NCBI GenBank assembly: GCA_976551045.1
Contig: CDPCPM010000301.1
Location: forward strand, 1,240,001 to 1,304,000
DNA length: 64,000 bases
Origin: Glaucostegus cemiculus
Lineage: Eukaryota
Direction: 5' to 3'
The first letter of the stretch is position 1, and each line of letters starts with the position of its first letter. The position numbers and the translations under genes are program-made. Below, piece by piece: positions 25,131 through 38,526 of this stretch. The notes below the pieces were generated by a model. The model was given only the letters and a program-made list of their open reading frames with translations, did not search any database and was not told the DNA's origin.

Positions 25131-26944
25131 AGTAAGTGATTGTGTACAGAGGGATCTTGGTGTACTGGTTTATGCAGGGCATTGGACTATGAAATTTTTT
25201 AAGTCTTGCTAAGACTGCGTAGTGCTTTGGTGAAACTTCATTTAGAGAAGAATGTGCAATTCGATTTTCATAACTAGAAGTGGATATACCTGGCTTGGAG
25301 TTAGTGCATCATAGATTCACCAGATTCTTGGAATGAGGGAGTGTCCTGAGGAGTTATTGACTAAGATTGGTCCATACTCATTGGAACTTATAATGAGGAG
25401 TGATCCCATTAAAGGTATACAACATCATTAGAATGACTGACAGATTAAATGCCAAGATAATTTTTAGTCCAGGTGGAGCATTTACGACTCTAGACAATAT
25501 CAGCCATTGAGGACTCAAAGGATATGAAAACATGGATTTTTTTTTCCCCTCAGGTATTGGTTGTTCCCTCCTGTTTGGTCAGGTTATAGAGCGTGCTATG
25601 AAGTCGCTACATCAATTGAATGTGTACTGTGATATTTCCCTGGTGGAACTGCAAGTTTAGCAGGCCAACAACATTTTCCACTACTGTTCTGGTCATAGTG
25701 TTGCTGTCATTGTAGAAATGCTCAGTTTGAGTCCTGGGAGCACACAGAGATGTCAGTACCAACAGAAGTCATAAGAAGAATTTGTTTTCCAAAACCCAGC
25801 CCTCATGTCCATCAAAGATGTCAGGCAAAATCAACTCCTAAAAAATGAAGGAGTGATGTGAGCTCCCAAGAAACATGGCACTGACCATGAGAAAACTGTT
25901 GTGGTCAACAACAAGGAGAAAAACTCTTTTCTACTGGTGACCATAAAAGCAGAAGGAGATAGGAGCAGGAGTAGGCCACTCAGTTCCTCAAACCTGTTCT
26001 GCCATTACCTGGCCTCACTTCCTCATCTGGGTCAGTTCCCCACAGCTCTCAATTCCTTGAACTTTCAAAAGTGTATCTACTTCTTCTTTAGATACTCCCA
26101 ACAATCAAAATTCCAATGATTCACCACCCATTGTGGGAAGAAGTTCCTATGCACTTCAGTTAAGAAATGCTTGAGGCTGCTGAGGGGAGTCTTCATGGGC
26201 ATGTACAGTGGATGGTAGTCTGAAACTTGGGGAATCGAACAATGCTGGCATATCCCCCTGTACACAATGCCATCTCCTACTTGCAAAAATCAAAGTTGTT
26301 TAAAATGACCTCTCTAATATGGCAGTAAGCAACACACTGACATACAGCAGATATCAGTGGCAGCTGCCTGAAATGATTCAGAGGCCAAGAAGGTGACAGT
26401 TACTGTGGCACTGGCCTCCATGGCAAGAGCATTTCAGGCTATGGGTAATCCTGAAGAATGTCACATAATTAAGTGATGATAACATAAACCTGTGTAAGGA
26501 TTACTCAACAGAGAGACAAATTTAGATTTAGTATGTCTGAAAACTCTCTAAGTTAACGTCTTTGTACCTGTGCACTTCTGTGCCTAATTGCCCTGAAAAC
26601 ATAGTTCTGGTTTTTTTTTTAGTCTTTCAAGTTCTCCATCAGAGTGATGTGGATGCTCAGCCACTGAGTACTAAGATTAATAGATTTTTGCCCATGAGGG
26701 GAATCATGAATATGGGATTGGGCAGAAAAGTGGATGGGGCACAGGATCAGCCATGATCTTAATAATTAGAGGAACATGCTCAGGGGCTTTATGCCCAACT
26801 CTTGTTGGGCATTTATGATGTTCATAAGAATCATCCTGGAAGTTGCTAAGTATACCATTAAAGTGCAAAGAATATATCAATTTATTAACATGAATATTAC
26901 CATAAAATGAAGAACATTTTACTCCAGCCTCTGTCCTACAGTAC

Positions 26945-27082
26945 CTTGTTTTTCCCATGAGAACTGATGTTATAGATTCCACTGCTATTTATGGCTGAAG
27001 CCAGTGAAAGGGATGACTGCTCTACAGATCCATGGCTCTCCTTCACAGTTTTTAGCCATTCCAAATGCCGAGCTGAATCTCG
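26945..27082 (-). CDS. RNF213: RNF213 exon (RDSARHLEWLKTVKESHGSVEQSSLSLA...)
   Basis: ctttcag acceptor, gtactg donor, 138 nt, phase 0/0. Confidence 0.95.
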
Positions 27083-28008
27083 CTGAAAGTGGAGGGAGAA
27101 AAAGAATGAGTTGCCTTCAAAACCCATTTGCAAAGATTAACAATTTGGGCAATAAAACACTAGTCTATCTTGTGTATTCTTCTGAAGTTCTATCGGTATC
27201 CTCAAGTATAATTCAGTAAAAAACAAATCAATCTCCATCTTTAAAGAGATATTCAGCCATGGTTCTCCATTTCACCTCTTCTGATGCGTGGGAATAAATT
27301 ACTCAAAAAATGAATGCCGAAGTGTGGGATGTCAACCAGCATTACTTGCTGTGTACAAATTAAATGCTCCACTACAGCAGTGATTACACTTCAAAAGAAT
27401 ATTTTACATTTTAAACATACATAATGCAAAGAAAAATGTTATTAATCCTTAAAACTGTCTATGATTTGTCAAAATTTAATGCCAATCATAAAGCCATAAA
27501 AACCGGTGAGAGAAATGGAAATGGAAGCTGTGGCTGCAATGTGTATTGAGACAAGGTAAAAAGGGTTTTTCATTTAGCATTTGACATCATTTTCATCTAG
27601 CATCTTGGTCCAGTTGTTAAAGTATTCTGATCCACAGGTTTAGCTCAAAATAGTTCTCACACCACTATTCCTTGGTAAGTCAATGCACATTTAAATCTGA
27701 GCCAGAGGTAGTTTTTAAGACATATCACAGAAGTAATGATGGAATTGATATGCCCATATGCAAATACAAGCTCAATTCAAAGAAATTCTGATGGAATTTA
27801 GCAGTCCTATAATTCAAGAAAAGGAATGCTCTTAAACAAAATACAGAATGCCTGTAATTACATTTTGGAAAAAAAACTCTTCCAGTTCAGACTTTTAGCT
27901 AAAACAAGAAGCCATTTGTAAACCAAATGGCTCACTCTATAAAATAGGTTTACCTCATTGGTACAATAAGTTAAAATTAATTACGATGAAAGTTAAGCTT
28001 AGATTTAC

Positions 28009-28226
28009 CAATTTCTTAGTAAGATCTGGGTCATTATCTAAAGCATTCCACAACTTCTGCAGGCAAGTCATAAAGTCAACAAATCCAGCATCTGGCTTAA
28101 TTTCAAAAAGTAATGATGAGTAGCCTAATACAGCATCATGAAAACAAGCCACACGATCAACTTCGAGATCATTTTCACCAGCTGAGATTGAAGCCAAGTC
28201 AACAAACACCTTTAGTTCAGTTACAT
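28009..28226 (-). CDS. RNF213: RNF213 exon (VTELKVFVDLASISAGENDLEVDRVACFHDAV...)
   Basis: Long polypyrimidine tract with taccag acceptor, gtaaat donor, 218 nt, phase 1/0. Confidence 0.96.
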
Positions 28227-29172
28227 CTGGTAAAAAAAAAGAAAAAAAAAATGCATCAAAATCTTTTGCACTGTCCACCAGAAAAAAAATATAAGCACTG
28301 TTAAACAGAATTACTACCCAAACAAGTTTTCTTTGAACAAAAAAATGATTTACTCTACAGCTAAGGGATCCTAAAATTAATGAAATCAAGACAGTAGGCA
28401 CTTACTTTCAATCCACATTACATTATTACAGTTTTACTTATTTAACTCATCATTTTGTGCCAGGTGTTAATTTGCATAAGCTTGTATCATAGGCACAAGT
28501 TCTACTTGCTCTGGCCTCTTGAAACATCTCTTATATGGCTCCCAACCTCCAAGGTATTAGCAGGATCATGCCACATGCCAGCAACCAAAAACACCTCATG
28601 TTTGCCTCTCCCAAGATGCCCAAAAATGCACTTAACTTTTGTAGCTGCAGTGCTCCTAACATTCCATTACCTGTGCTGCTGCAACTGTTCTATGAGAGAG
28701 ATTGGTGAGCCAGTAGCAATTAGCCTGCAAATGATAGAAACTAAGAAACAGCCCTGTTTTGCATTTTGACAGCTTATGGTGTCAGATGGTCTTTTCCAGT
28801 GTTTCTAAATGTCAGTTATGATCAGAGACACTTGAGAAACAGTTGAAAAATATCAAAAGAGTTTTGAAAAATAATTTTGGTAAAATATCATACAATAATT
28901 TAATTCAAAATGACATTTGACTTTGTGACATTATTAAAATAAATTTTAAGATAACAAGTGACTGACCTTGTTAGTGAATGTCAGGGAATATAGTCAAATG
29001 AATGGGCCCACTAGATTTACTTCTCTAAAATAGAGGGAGCAGATGCAAAGTGCATCCAGCTCTTTAGCTTAGTAAGTTGCAGAACATCTCTCGACTTAGT
29101 GGTGAGACCAGAGGTAGAGCAGGAGATCAAAATAATCATATTTTACAACAATCTAGTAGTTTATGTGGTCAT

Positions 29173-29470
29173 TAAGATAAGATTTCTTTATTAGTCACAT
29201 GTACATGGGAAGACACAGTGAAATGCATCTTTTGCGTAGAACGTTCTGGGTGCAGCCCGCAAGTGTCGCCATGCTTCCAGCGCCAACATATCATGCCCAC
29301 AACTTCCTAACCCACACGTCTTTGGAATGTGGAAGGAAACCGGAGCACCTGCAGGAAACGCACGCAGACATGGGGAGAACGTACAAACTCCTTACAGACA
29401 GAGGCTGGAATTGAACCCAGGTTGCTGGTGCTGTAATAGTGTTACACTAACCGCTACACTACCATGCCTG
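29173..29470 (-). mobile_element. V-SINE, Rex1-type tail
   Basis: Reverse complement of the 19021 family, full length. Confidence 0.87.
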
Positions 29471-29744
29471 CAAGACTAATTGTTTCTGCCTTTTTTTGAT
29501 AAAATTCCAGATTATTAACATAATTTAAATTTAACAGGTGTCGTAAGGGGATTGAAAATCAGGTCTTTGCATTGTTAGTCCAGGTCTCTGGACTGGACAT
29601 CAAAAAACATAGACCATGCAATGTAAAAGTTGGGAAATGCAGGGCTGCAGGACATGCCCAACAGGTCTGGATGTGCTAATGAAAAGCAAATAAAACTGAG
29701 CCAATCTCACAGATGGATGTCTTAGCACGTTCACATATAAACAG

Positions 29745-31460
29745 AAGAGGTCAGTATCTTAAGTTGTAGAATTTGATGCCGAGTCCAAATGGTGTTAACG
29801 TACCCAATCAGAAGATGAGGCCACAGACAGATAAGTTGGAATGGGAAGAGGAGCGAGAATTAAAGTGTATAAGTCACTGTGGGTGCTCTGCAAAGTGGTC
29901 ACCCAATGAGCATTTGGTTTCTCCTAATGGTAAAGGACAGCACATTAAGAACTGTGAATGTGATATAGTTGACTGAAGGAAGTGCAAGTAATTTGCTACT
30001 TCACCTGCAAGGCCAATTTGAATCATGGATGGTGAGAAGGGAAGAGATGAAAGGACAGATGCATTATCTGCAGTTGCATGGGAAAGCATGAAGGGAATGG
30101 CTGGTGGAAAGGGAGAATTGGACCAGGGAGTCACTAAGTGAATGGCCCCTTTGAAATGCTGAAAGATGTAGCTGGTGGTAGAATTACATTGAAAGATGTG
30201 GATACTGCAAAGCTTGGTCTATTGAATGTGGAGGCTAATGGAGTAGAATGTGAGTACCAGGGGTAATTCTCTGTCCAGGAGGGGAGGGGAGAAGGCAGAC
30301 ATGAGGCGGCACAATAGCGTAGTGGTTAATGCGACGCTGTTACAGCGCCAGCGATCGGGGTTCGATTCCCGTTGCTGACTGTAAGGAGTTTGTACGTTCT
30401 CCAGTGTCTGCGTGGGTTTCCTCCGGGTGCTCTGGTTTCCTCCCACATTCTAAAGACGTACGGGTAGGTTAATTTGGGGGTTTAAAATTGGCGGCGTGGA
30501 CTCATTGGGCCGAACGGGCCTGTTACCATGCTGTAAATAAAAAAAATCTTAAAAAGATGTGATGTGGTTAAGGGCTCTATTAATTATAGTGGAGGGCAAG
30601 CCATGGTTCAGGAAGTGGGAAGGCATCTCAGAGTCATCTGTGTGGAATGTCTCAACATTAAAATAAATATGATGGAGACACAGGAATTGGGAAAATGGAA
30701 TGGAGTTCTTACATTGGAAGCAGGGTAAAGTGAACAATAGTCAAAATAGCTGTGGGAGCCTGTAGGCTTGTAACGGAAGTTTATGGCTGGCCTATCCCCT
30801 GACATGAAGATAGAGAGATCTAGAATGGGAATGGTAGAGTCAGAGATGGACCCTGTGAAAGTTAGAGCAGGATGGAAATTGGGAGGAAAAGTAGTGAATT
30901 TTTCCAAGATCTGCATGAGTGCAGGAAGCAGCACCAATACAACCATCGATGCGCTAGAAGAGAGCCAAGTAAGACTGAAACAAAAATTGTTCCACATCTC
31001 ATACAATAAAAATAGGCAAGGCTTGGACTTGTCTAAATTCCCACAATTACACTGACAAAAAGAGTTAGCAGAGTTGAAGGAGAAGTTGTTTGATGTTGTT
31101 CAGTCAAGTGAATGAGTTGGTGGAGAATAATTAGTTTGGCTTCTGCCCAAAGAAGAAGCAGAAGGCCCTGAGGCCATTCTAAGGTGGGATAAAGGGATTG
31201 TATTTCTATGGTGAAGATGAAAAGGTTGAGCCCAGGGAACAGGGAACTGGAAACTGTCAAAGTGGCAGAGGGCATCAAAGGAGTCATGGAAATGAGAAGG
31301 AAATGGGCTGGGGAGAAAAGATGGAATTAAGGTAGGAAGAATTAAGTTCAGTCAGGCAAGATAATGCTGAAACAAAGGGTCTGCCTGAACAGTGCTGTTT
31401 GTGGATCTTGGGCAGGAGGTACAAGTGGGCTGTGTGTAGCTGGGAGACTGCAAGGAGTAC
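29745..31460 (-). mobile_element. Decayed Penelope-like retroelement (RT plus GIY-YIG endonuclease)
   Basis: LYLLPKIHKQHCSGRPFVS, FHPALTFT...LDLSI...YKPTGSHSY and GETKCSLGDHFAEH remnants in ORFs 29874-31487. Confidence 0.85.
30304..30546 (+). mobile_element. Young V-SINE, CR1-type tail, nested in the Penelope element
   Basis: Intact B box ggttcgattcc; close to the 3520 and 33432 copies. Confidence 0.9.
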
Positions 31461-31539
31461 CAGAATTTGAGATGCTAAAGTTTGCAATCACTGACACATG
31501 AAAGCCAAGAACTAGATTGCAAACTTCAAAATTGACACT

Positions 31540-32045
31540 GTGGTAACAAACTCCAACATAAACTTGAGGAACAACACCTCATTTTCTGTCTGAGTATGTT
31601 GCAACCTTCTGGATTTAATATCAAACTCTTCAACTTCATATAACTCTCTTTTTCTGTATCAGATTGGGCCAGGTATTCCATCTGTGAGTTTGGTTTAGTT
31701 TTCCTTCCTGCGTGAACACAGCCTGACCTACATGTTCTACAGCCCAGCATTTCTAACTTTTACATTCCTTTGTCTGTGTTCTCATTTTCTAACTAGCTTC
31801 ATTTCATTGCTTTTATGAGCAAAGGACCACATTCTCTCCCCCTGACTGCCCCATTAAATTCATCGACCAGATGGACCTTATTTACAGCATATCCTTAGGA
31901 CATCTTTGGCCTTACCCTTTGACAGGTATTCACTTTATTTTATCCATCCCTCTCCCACACTCCTTGTAACTTCGATCAGAAACACTAACTCTGTTTCTCT
32001 TTCCACTGATCTGTTGAGTATTACCAGCATTTTCTGCTTTCATGC
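31540..32045 (+). mobile_element. Penelope 3' end/pLTR, inverted relative to the adjacent element
   Basis: Plus strand encodes LEEQHLIFCLSMLQPSGFNI (endonuclease C-terminus) followed by pLTR-like sequence. Confidence 0.7.
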
Positions 32046-32529
32046 ATGTCTCTGGATTATTAGTCTGGTAGTTTAACTGCTGTGCCACAACTAGTTCCAC
32101 TAAAGGGCCTAATATATCTATCAGGAAGGAAGCATGCTTTGAAGGCACTAAGAAGCTATTAAAAGAAGATTAGTAAGAATCATTGAAACTGATTGAGTGG
32201 GGAATAGGGAAGGCAGGTGGTGAGCCATGAGAAGAGAGGTGAGAAGTGTTGGGAAGGAAGATTGCAGGTAGCTTGTTCGACTAGGTACATGCACGTGGGG
32301 TGCTGTCACTGCATTATGCACCATGTGCTGCTCTGCTCAGGGAATAAATACAAAGAAAATTCCAAGCCTTAAGTGCAGATATAATAAAGTAACAGCTAGT
32401 TTACTTTAAAAATCAACTGATTCAACAAAACTTAAAACTCAAAACTAGTTTCTAAAAACAATGGTCAAATAATTAGAAAAAATTGAGCAACACCTTCTGC
32501 ATGGTTCGCAAAATCTTTTGCTTATTTAC

Positions 32530-32689
32530 CTTTCAAAGCCTCTTTGACCCATTGCACAAATTGCTGTCTTTGAGTAAGCTCTTTCAAAGCTTCCATGAGA
32601 GGTTCCGTTATTTCCACAAGTTGGTTCTTAGCTTGTATAAGTTGCTCATCCATGCAATCCAGACTTTCATTCCCATAGGATTTATCTGT
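32530..32689 (-). CDS. RNF213: RNF213 exon (TDKSYGNESL...LIQAK...FVQWVKEALK)
   Basis: gttttag acceptor, gtaaat donor, 160 nt, phase 0/1; resembles human EFICWVREAL. Confidence 0.92.
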
Positions 32690-33431
32690 CTAAAACAAAA
32701 CAGTAGAAGTGCCTATCATTTTATCTTAAATTAAATTACATACTCCATTTCAATTTTTTATTGGCTGGTAGTAAGATTAATTACAATCCAGAGCATGAAA
32801 TTAGGAAAAGTAGTTTTGCTAGAAGGGTAAAACACATAACACATTAGAAACAGTAGTGCAAAATTTCCAGAACTAGTCAAAGTCACTACTTCCATTTTTT
32901 GGTAATATCTCAATGACAATACTAAATTCCCTCAACCCATTCTCACTTCAGACATCAATTAGTCTAATTTCTTCAGGACACAGGAGCATTGACAGCTTCA
33001 TTAAGGAACTAACAAAGAAAAAAATTACTGCACCTATTTTACAAGCTTTGTTTGGATTTCAGGCTACAATCAAAATTAATTACTTGGAAACATCATGGAC
33101 AAGGCACATATTGTAGGCTGGCTTCTAAAACAGCTGTCAAAAAAAATCCACTATATTACTTCAGCAACAATTTATCCCAACAACAACCCTGACCTCACTC
33201 TATCAGAAATACTCCCTCATTTATCCCTCCCTTACCATCTCTGCAATTTAAAATTAACCTGTTTTCCATCTCCTCTGATTCTGACATAAGATCTTCGACC
33301 TGAAGCATTAACTAATATTCCCTCTCCATAGATACTGCCTATTCTGCTGAGTGTTTCCAGGATTTTCTGTTTTTATTCCTGACTTCCAACATCTGCAGTT
33401 TTCAGTTGTTGAAACTGAACAACTGCAAATG

Positions 33432-33677
33432 TGGCACGATAGCGTAGCGGTTAGCACGATGCTGTTACAGTGCCAGCGATCGGGGTTCGATTCCCGTCGC
33501 TGACTGTAAGGAGTTTGTATGTTCTCCCGCGTCTGCGTGGGTTTCCTCCGGGTGCTCCAGTTTCCTCCCACATTCTGAAAGACGTACGGGTAGGTTAGTT
33601 AGGGGGTTTAAAATGGGCGGCGCAGACTCGTTGGGCCGAAAGGGCATGTTACCATGCTGTAAATAAAATTTTAAAAA
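33432..33677 (+). mobile_element. Young V-SINE, CR1-type tail
   Basis: A box tagcgtagcgg (33440-33450), B box ggttcgattcc (33484-33494), V-domain, many CpGs retained. Confidence 0.9.
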
Positions 33678-34524
33678 ATATATATCTGCATTTCTAAGTT
33701 GTGTTTAATTTGTACCCTACAATCAAAATGATCAAGTAATTGGCAGCATCACGGCCAAGCCACAAATGCACAATGGCATTTTAATTAGGAATAGTGACCA
33801 CTCAGAAAATTAGAATATATATCCTCACTCACAGCACAGGACATATAACTCCAACTGCATACATGATTTACTTTATATCATCGTGATATCAATTTTTCTT
33901 CCACATAAATTCTTTAGCAGCCCCTCAGTGTACAATGGCAGAAGGGCCATCTGCACAGAGCCTTTGTGGCAACCGTACTAAGCTTTAGTGAATCTGTCAG
34001 CACACATTCCTGGAGCTTGGAATGTACCAGTCTACAACATTTGGCCATGGGCAGCAGAGAAAGTGCAATTCTCCTGAGCTGATAATCTTCTAGCAGCAGC
34101 TGATGTTTGTCTCAGTTGAGCAGCCCAGGAGGGTAATATAAGCAAGGAATCCTGTTTCTGTACAGTACCTATGGTAGAAGCGTCAACAAAAACATTCCTA
34201 CCAGGTCTTTTATGGCAAAAATAAATTCTGTAAGGAGATTTGTCATTCACATATTACAGAAGCAGATGGATGGCAGTCTGATTCCCCCTCCTGTAGCAAT
34301 CTAGTGAGCAGTTTGCAGTGACAGAGACTCCAACCGTGAATAAAGGATTTAAAAGTAAAGGACCTTTCACAACATCAGCCCAGCAGGTTTCTTGGCTTAA
34401 GAACAATGAGTTTGGATTTGATTTCAGAGAGAAAGAAGTCCTTTGAAATCTTGGCCCACTCAGGAGTCAATACCTTATAAGGTGAAGATATTAATAAGAA
34501 AACAACTTAAGTAAGCACACTTAC

Positions 34525-35126
34525 CATATTTAATAATGTATCCAGAACAGTGAAGTTTCCAGTAAGGTTAAAAACACTCTGGACTTTTGCAATTAGTTGG
34601 GCAGATTTAATAGCCAAATATACTTCGTGGTATTCCTTAATTTGTCGGGTTCGCTTCTCTATCCAGTTGTCTTTATTTTTCCCGTCTATTCTACACATAA
34701 TCTTTAAATCATCCTTTAGATCATCATATTTACCACGATAGTCTTTAAATATGTCATCAACCTCTGCAAAAGTAAGACTGGCCTCCTTTACTTTTGCGAA
34801 AATTCCCTTGTAATGGTCAAAACATGGATCCCAAATCATGGTACAAACATTTTCAAGGGACAATCGTGGCTCTTCTTCATCTGTTTCATCTTTTGCACAG
34901 AATTTTTGTGCCTGATTTTCCCAGCACATTTGTAAGATGTAGCTATCTTTAAATCTGTGAATGCTTCTTGCCATTTCTTTTATCTCTTCACTTAACAAGA
35001 AGTAACCGACCATTGGGGAGAATGGCATTGAATATTCAGTACCTATCCGCTCTACAGTCACTATTTCACTTAGCTTCATTAAGCGAACATCAGCTGCAAG
35101 CAATTTTTCAGGTTCCTCAATTTCCA
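34525..35126 (-). CDS. RNF213: RNF213 exon (602 nt; ...DDLKIMCRID...QIKEYH...LDTLLNM)
   Basis: ORF 34507..35127; ttgtag acceptor, gtaagt donor, phase 1/0. Confidence 0.95.
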
Positions 35127-35555
35127 CTACAATTAAAGAGAAAAATCAGACTAATATTTTGCAGAAATACAACAGTTTTCTTCCTAAAACAAACCGTAAT
35201 TGTTATTTGCTCGACAGACTAATTGTAAAACTACATTCTATACTGTCTTAAACATTTTGAAAATAGCAAGAGTTTAGATTTACTCTTAAGCAAAAATAGC
35301 GGATACTTATAGAAAAAGAGGAACTGTATATTCCTACGAAAGCACATGCCACCTGAGTACAGACAAAAAGACATACAATCGGTCATAATACCCACAGGCA
35401 GATGCCATGATCAGTCGAATAAACACATTTTAAACACAGTGGCTCCTTTTTGTCACTTCCTCTCCATACGCGACAGTTGGATATCAAACCCGTTAAACGC
35501 AAGTCTTTTGAAAAACTTTTTAAGATTTAAATAAAGGTAATGTAAAAAGTGATAC

Positions 35556-35696
35556 CTGTCACATATTCATCGATTTTCCTGCACATTTTCAAGAGACTTT
35601 CCACCCAATCTTTCTCTTCAAAAAATCTATCCAATTCATTTTGTCGGCAAGTCAACACCTGAACCAGATTCATTTCTTTGAATGATTTACCTTGCT
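35556..35696 (-). CDS. RNF213: RNF213 exon (...EEKDWVESLLKMCRKI...)
   Basis: ttttgcag acceptor, gtatca donor, 141 nt, phase 1/1; resembles human EKRCVDSLLKMC. Confidence 0.9.
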
Positions 35697-35803
35697 CTGC
35701 AAAAACATAAGTACACATAAAAATTCATATGTTTCCTTTAGAAATTTTCATATGGAGATACATTTTTTTAAGAAAATAGAACAGTTTAACAAAAACAACT
35801 TAC

Positions 35804-35977
35804 TTGTCTTGAGCAGAGCTGTAAAATTGCTCTTCTTTTTTAAGATACAGTCTAAATGTTTAATTTGAATAGAGCCATCCCAAAGTTTGCTGGTCATATC
35901 ATGCAATACATCATCTGCCAATGCCATCAAATTTTTAGCTTTATTTGAAAGCTGTTCAGTGACTGAGTTATTCATTC
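35804..35977 (-). CDS. RNF213: RNF213 exon (...AKNLMALADDVL...GSIQIKHLDCILKKK...)
   Basis: tgaatag acceptor, gtaagt donor, 174 nt, phase 1/1; 107-nt intron to the next exon. Confidence 0.9.
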
Positions 35978-38124
35978 CTATTCAAAAAAGATATGATAAA
36001 GTTGTACCAGGTGGAGGAGAATATGGAATCAAAAATTTAAAGCCAACTTCAGTTTATAACAGTAACATTAAAAAAGAACTTGGTAAAATTGAATATGTTA
36101 GCACATTTAGTTTTGCTCAGGAATAACACAAAACAGTACAAAAAAAGGCATTTCTACCCACGATAGCTATAGTGACCATGATGCCAATTTCATGGCAAAC
36201 TGCCACTTAAACTCTTATGTTAAGTTAAAATATAGTCTGCCTGAAAGATATTCAACCGACTTCACCAGTTGTTCCCAAACTTTTCGAATGAAACCCCCAC
36301 TTGTTCATGTTTAGTAAAATGAGCCCTGTATACACCTGATAGTGTCTGGGGCCGCTCCTTTTAGGGAGACTGTTATAGCCCCATGATCAGGAAAGTTAGC
36401 ACATCCAGTAGAGTTATACATTTTTGTGAACATCCTAACTTAAATGCCTGTTATTAAAATCTCACAAACTCCATATGGGGTTGTACAATGCAGATTGAAA
36501 ACCAGTGGCTTTGTCAACTATGGTTCAGACTTGGATGTGAGAACAACTATTTTCAAACTGATGTACCGTAAGCTCACTTTGATAGCCTTGTGAGGAATAA
36601 AAATTAGGGTGTGAATAAATTAGGGGATAGTACCCCAAAATCTGAAAAGTTATAATACAAGGAAGGATGCTTGAAGATTGGCAAAAAAAACCTGAGCTTT
36701 TAACTGAAACCAGAGGTTCAGTAGAAGCATTGAAGAGCTAGAAAGAGGTGACAATGGTGTAGAGATGGGGATATTGCCTAGAGAAAAAAAATGGACATGG
36801 AAAGAATTCTAAATCACTGCAAGCATCAGCAGTCTCACCCCGTTATGGGAATCATATGGTTAAAGTAATTAAGCAGGCACACAGGCAGTGAAAGAAACCT
36901 CAAAAAATGACTTTATCATTAGAAACTTTGAATTAAAAGACATTTTGTATCATTTGAGATTTGATCATTCAGATAATTCAGAAATAGTTCTGAAAAGAGG
37001 TATTGACAAAGTAAATCTGCATGTAACCACTATTCGTGAAAATTCTGTGTTCGTGAATGATGTTACTAAGAGGTAAAGTTTAGATAATTCTGAGAAGGGC
37101 AATTAAGTATGAATAATGATGTAAGAAGAAAGGGGCTGTTAAGAAGGAACTTTGAAGGAGATCAAAAGTGATCAAGGGGATCAAATACAGCACAATTTCA
37201 CAAAAGCAGTGTTTACTTACCATTACACATCTCTTTAATGGTAGTTCATATAACGGTCTGAGATATGGTTGGGTAGAAACTAGTTTACAAGGACTCAAAC
37301 AGAGTAGCAGGATAAGGGAAAACAGTACAGCAGAGCAATATGGTCAATTTGATATTGGTAATGACAAGAAAAAGTTCAGAAATTTAAAGCAGGCTTCTTG
37401 GGGGTGGTGGATATAAGAGTTGATGTTTGAAAGAGACGAGAATGATGCAAGGGAACAAATGATTGTGATAAGTATACAAGGAAGACTGAAACATTCTGAA
37501 CAGATATAAAAACAGAAAATTCTGTAACTATTAAGCTGATCTGGCAGAACCTGTGGATAAAGAAAAAGGTGTTTCCTAAGCAATTGTTTTCTTTTGACTT
37601 TGAGCTTCCTGAGGGAACCTTGCATTCCAGGAGTGCAAAGTTGAAAAATTAGTCTTTAACTCTGAACTACATTGTGTCTAGTATTGTGTCATCCCTTGCC
37701 ACCTACCCTTGTTTCTTTCCTCGTGCGATTCATTATTACTCCGAACTTATTCTAAAATTTTCCCCATTCCTTTCCTACTTCTCCTTCCCTTGTTCTTGAA
37801 GCTGTCCATCTATAATGCCACCCTAATGTACATCTTTTCTTTCGTTCTCTGTTGCTTCCCCATTACTCTGCCACTTAGAGTTAACGTTTTAAGTTGATGG
37901 CCTTCCATCAGAATTGAGAAAAAAAAAGAAATGGAACTGGTTTAAGTGGTTTGTTGATAATTGTGCCCTGCACAACACACATTTAACAGTCAGAACAGAC
38001 AGTGGAATGGCACCAAAGTTATAAGGATCTGAATGAATGGCTATACCAATGTCAAGGCCTGCCATGACTAATGATTTCTTATGACTAACTAAATTAATAA
38101 AATATACCAAAATTGTTACCATAC

Positions 38125-38314
38125 CGTGTAATTGAAAGATAGTCTTTACAGCCGACCAGTTAAGTAAATGATTGACAACTGAATCTGTATCTTCCAAAAA
38201 CATCCCATTGTAGTCTTTTTCCCAGGAATTTTCAATTATTGTTGACAACAGTTTTCCAAATTTGGTCAAATCATAATTCCACAGTTTATCTAAAAGTTGA
38301 GCTTCAGACTTGTT
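38125..38314 (-). CDS. RNF213: RNF213 exon (NKSEAQLL...LTKFGKLLSTIIENSW...HLLNWSAVKTIFQLH)
   Basis: cttccag acceptor, gtatgg donor, 190 nt, phase 0/1. Confidence 0.91.
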
Positions 38315-38403
38315 CTGGAAGGGTAAATTTATAAAGTATGAGCCTGTTTTTAAAAGGATGAATATTAGCTAAATTTTTAAGAACAGTTTTACAATGACAA
38401 TAC

Positions 38404-38526
38404 CTGGCATATGGAATGAACAGCATCAAGTGCACATTTCTCAAAGCACTTAGCAATCAGAGGCTCCAAATTCCTTATCTCCTCAATCTTTTTGCAGTAG
38501 ATTTCAATCTGATGGATTGGTTTTTC
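38404..38526 (-). CDS. RNF213: RNF213 exon (EKPIHQIEIYC...CFEKCALDAVHSICQ)
   Basis: tcatcag acceptor, gtattg donor, 123 nt, phase 0/0; resembles human TFEKCIIEAVSSACQ; 89-nt intron follows. Confidence 0.92.

Noticed and set aside
26150-26460. Weak resemblance to a Harbinger transposase (VTVALASMARAFQ)
   Set aside because: Too short and degenerate to support by eye; needs an HMM search.
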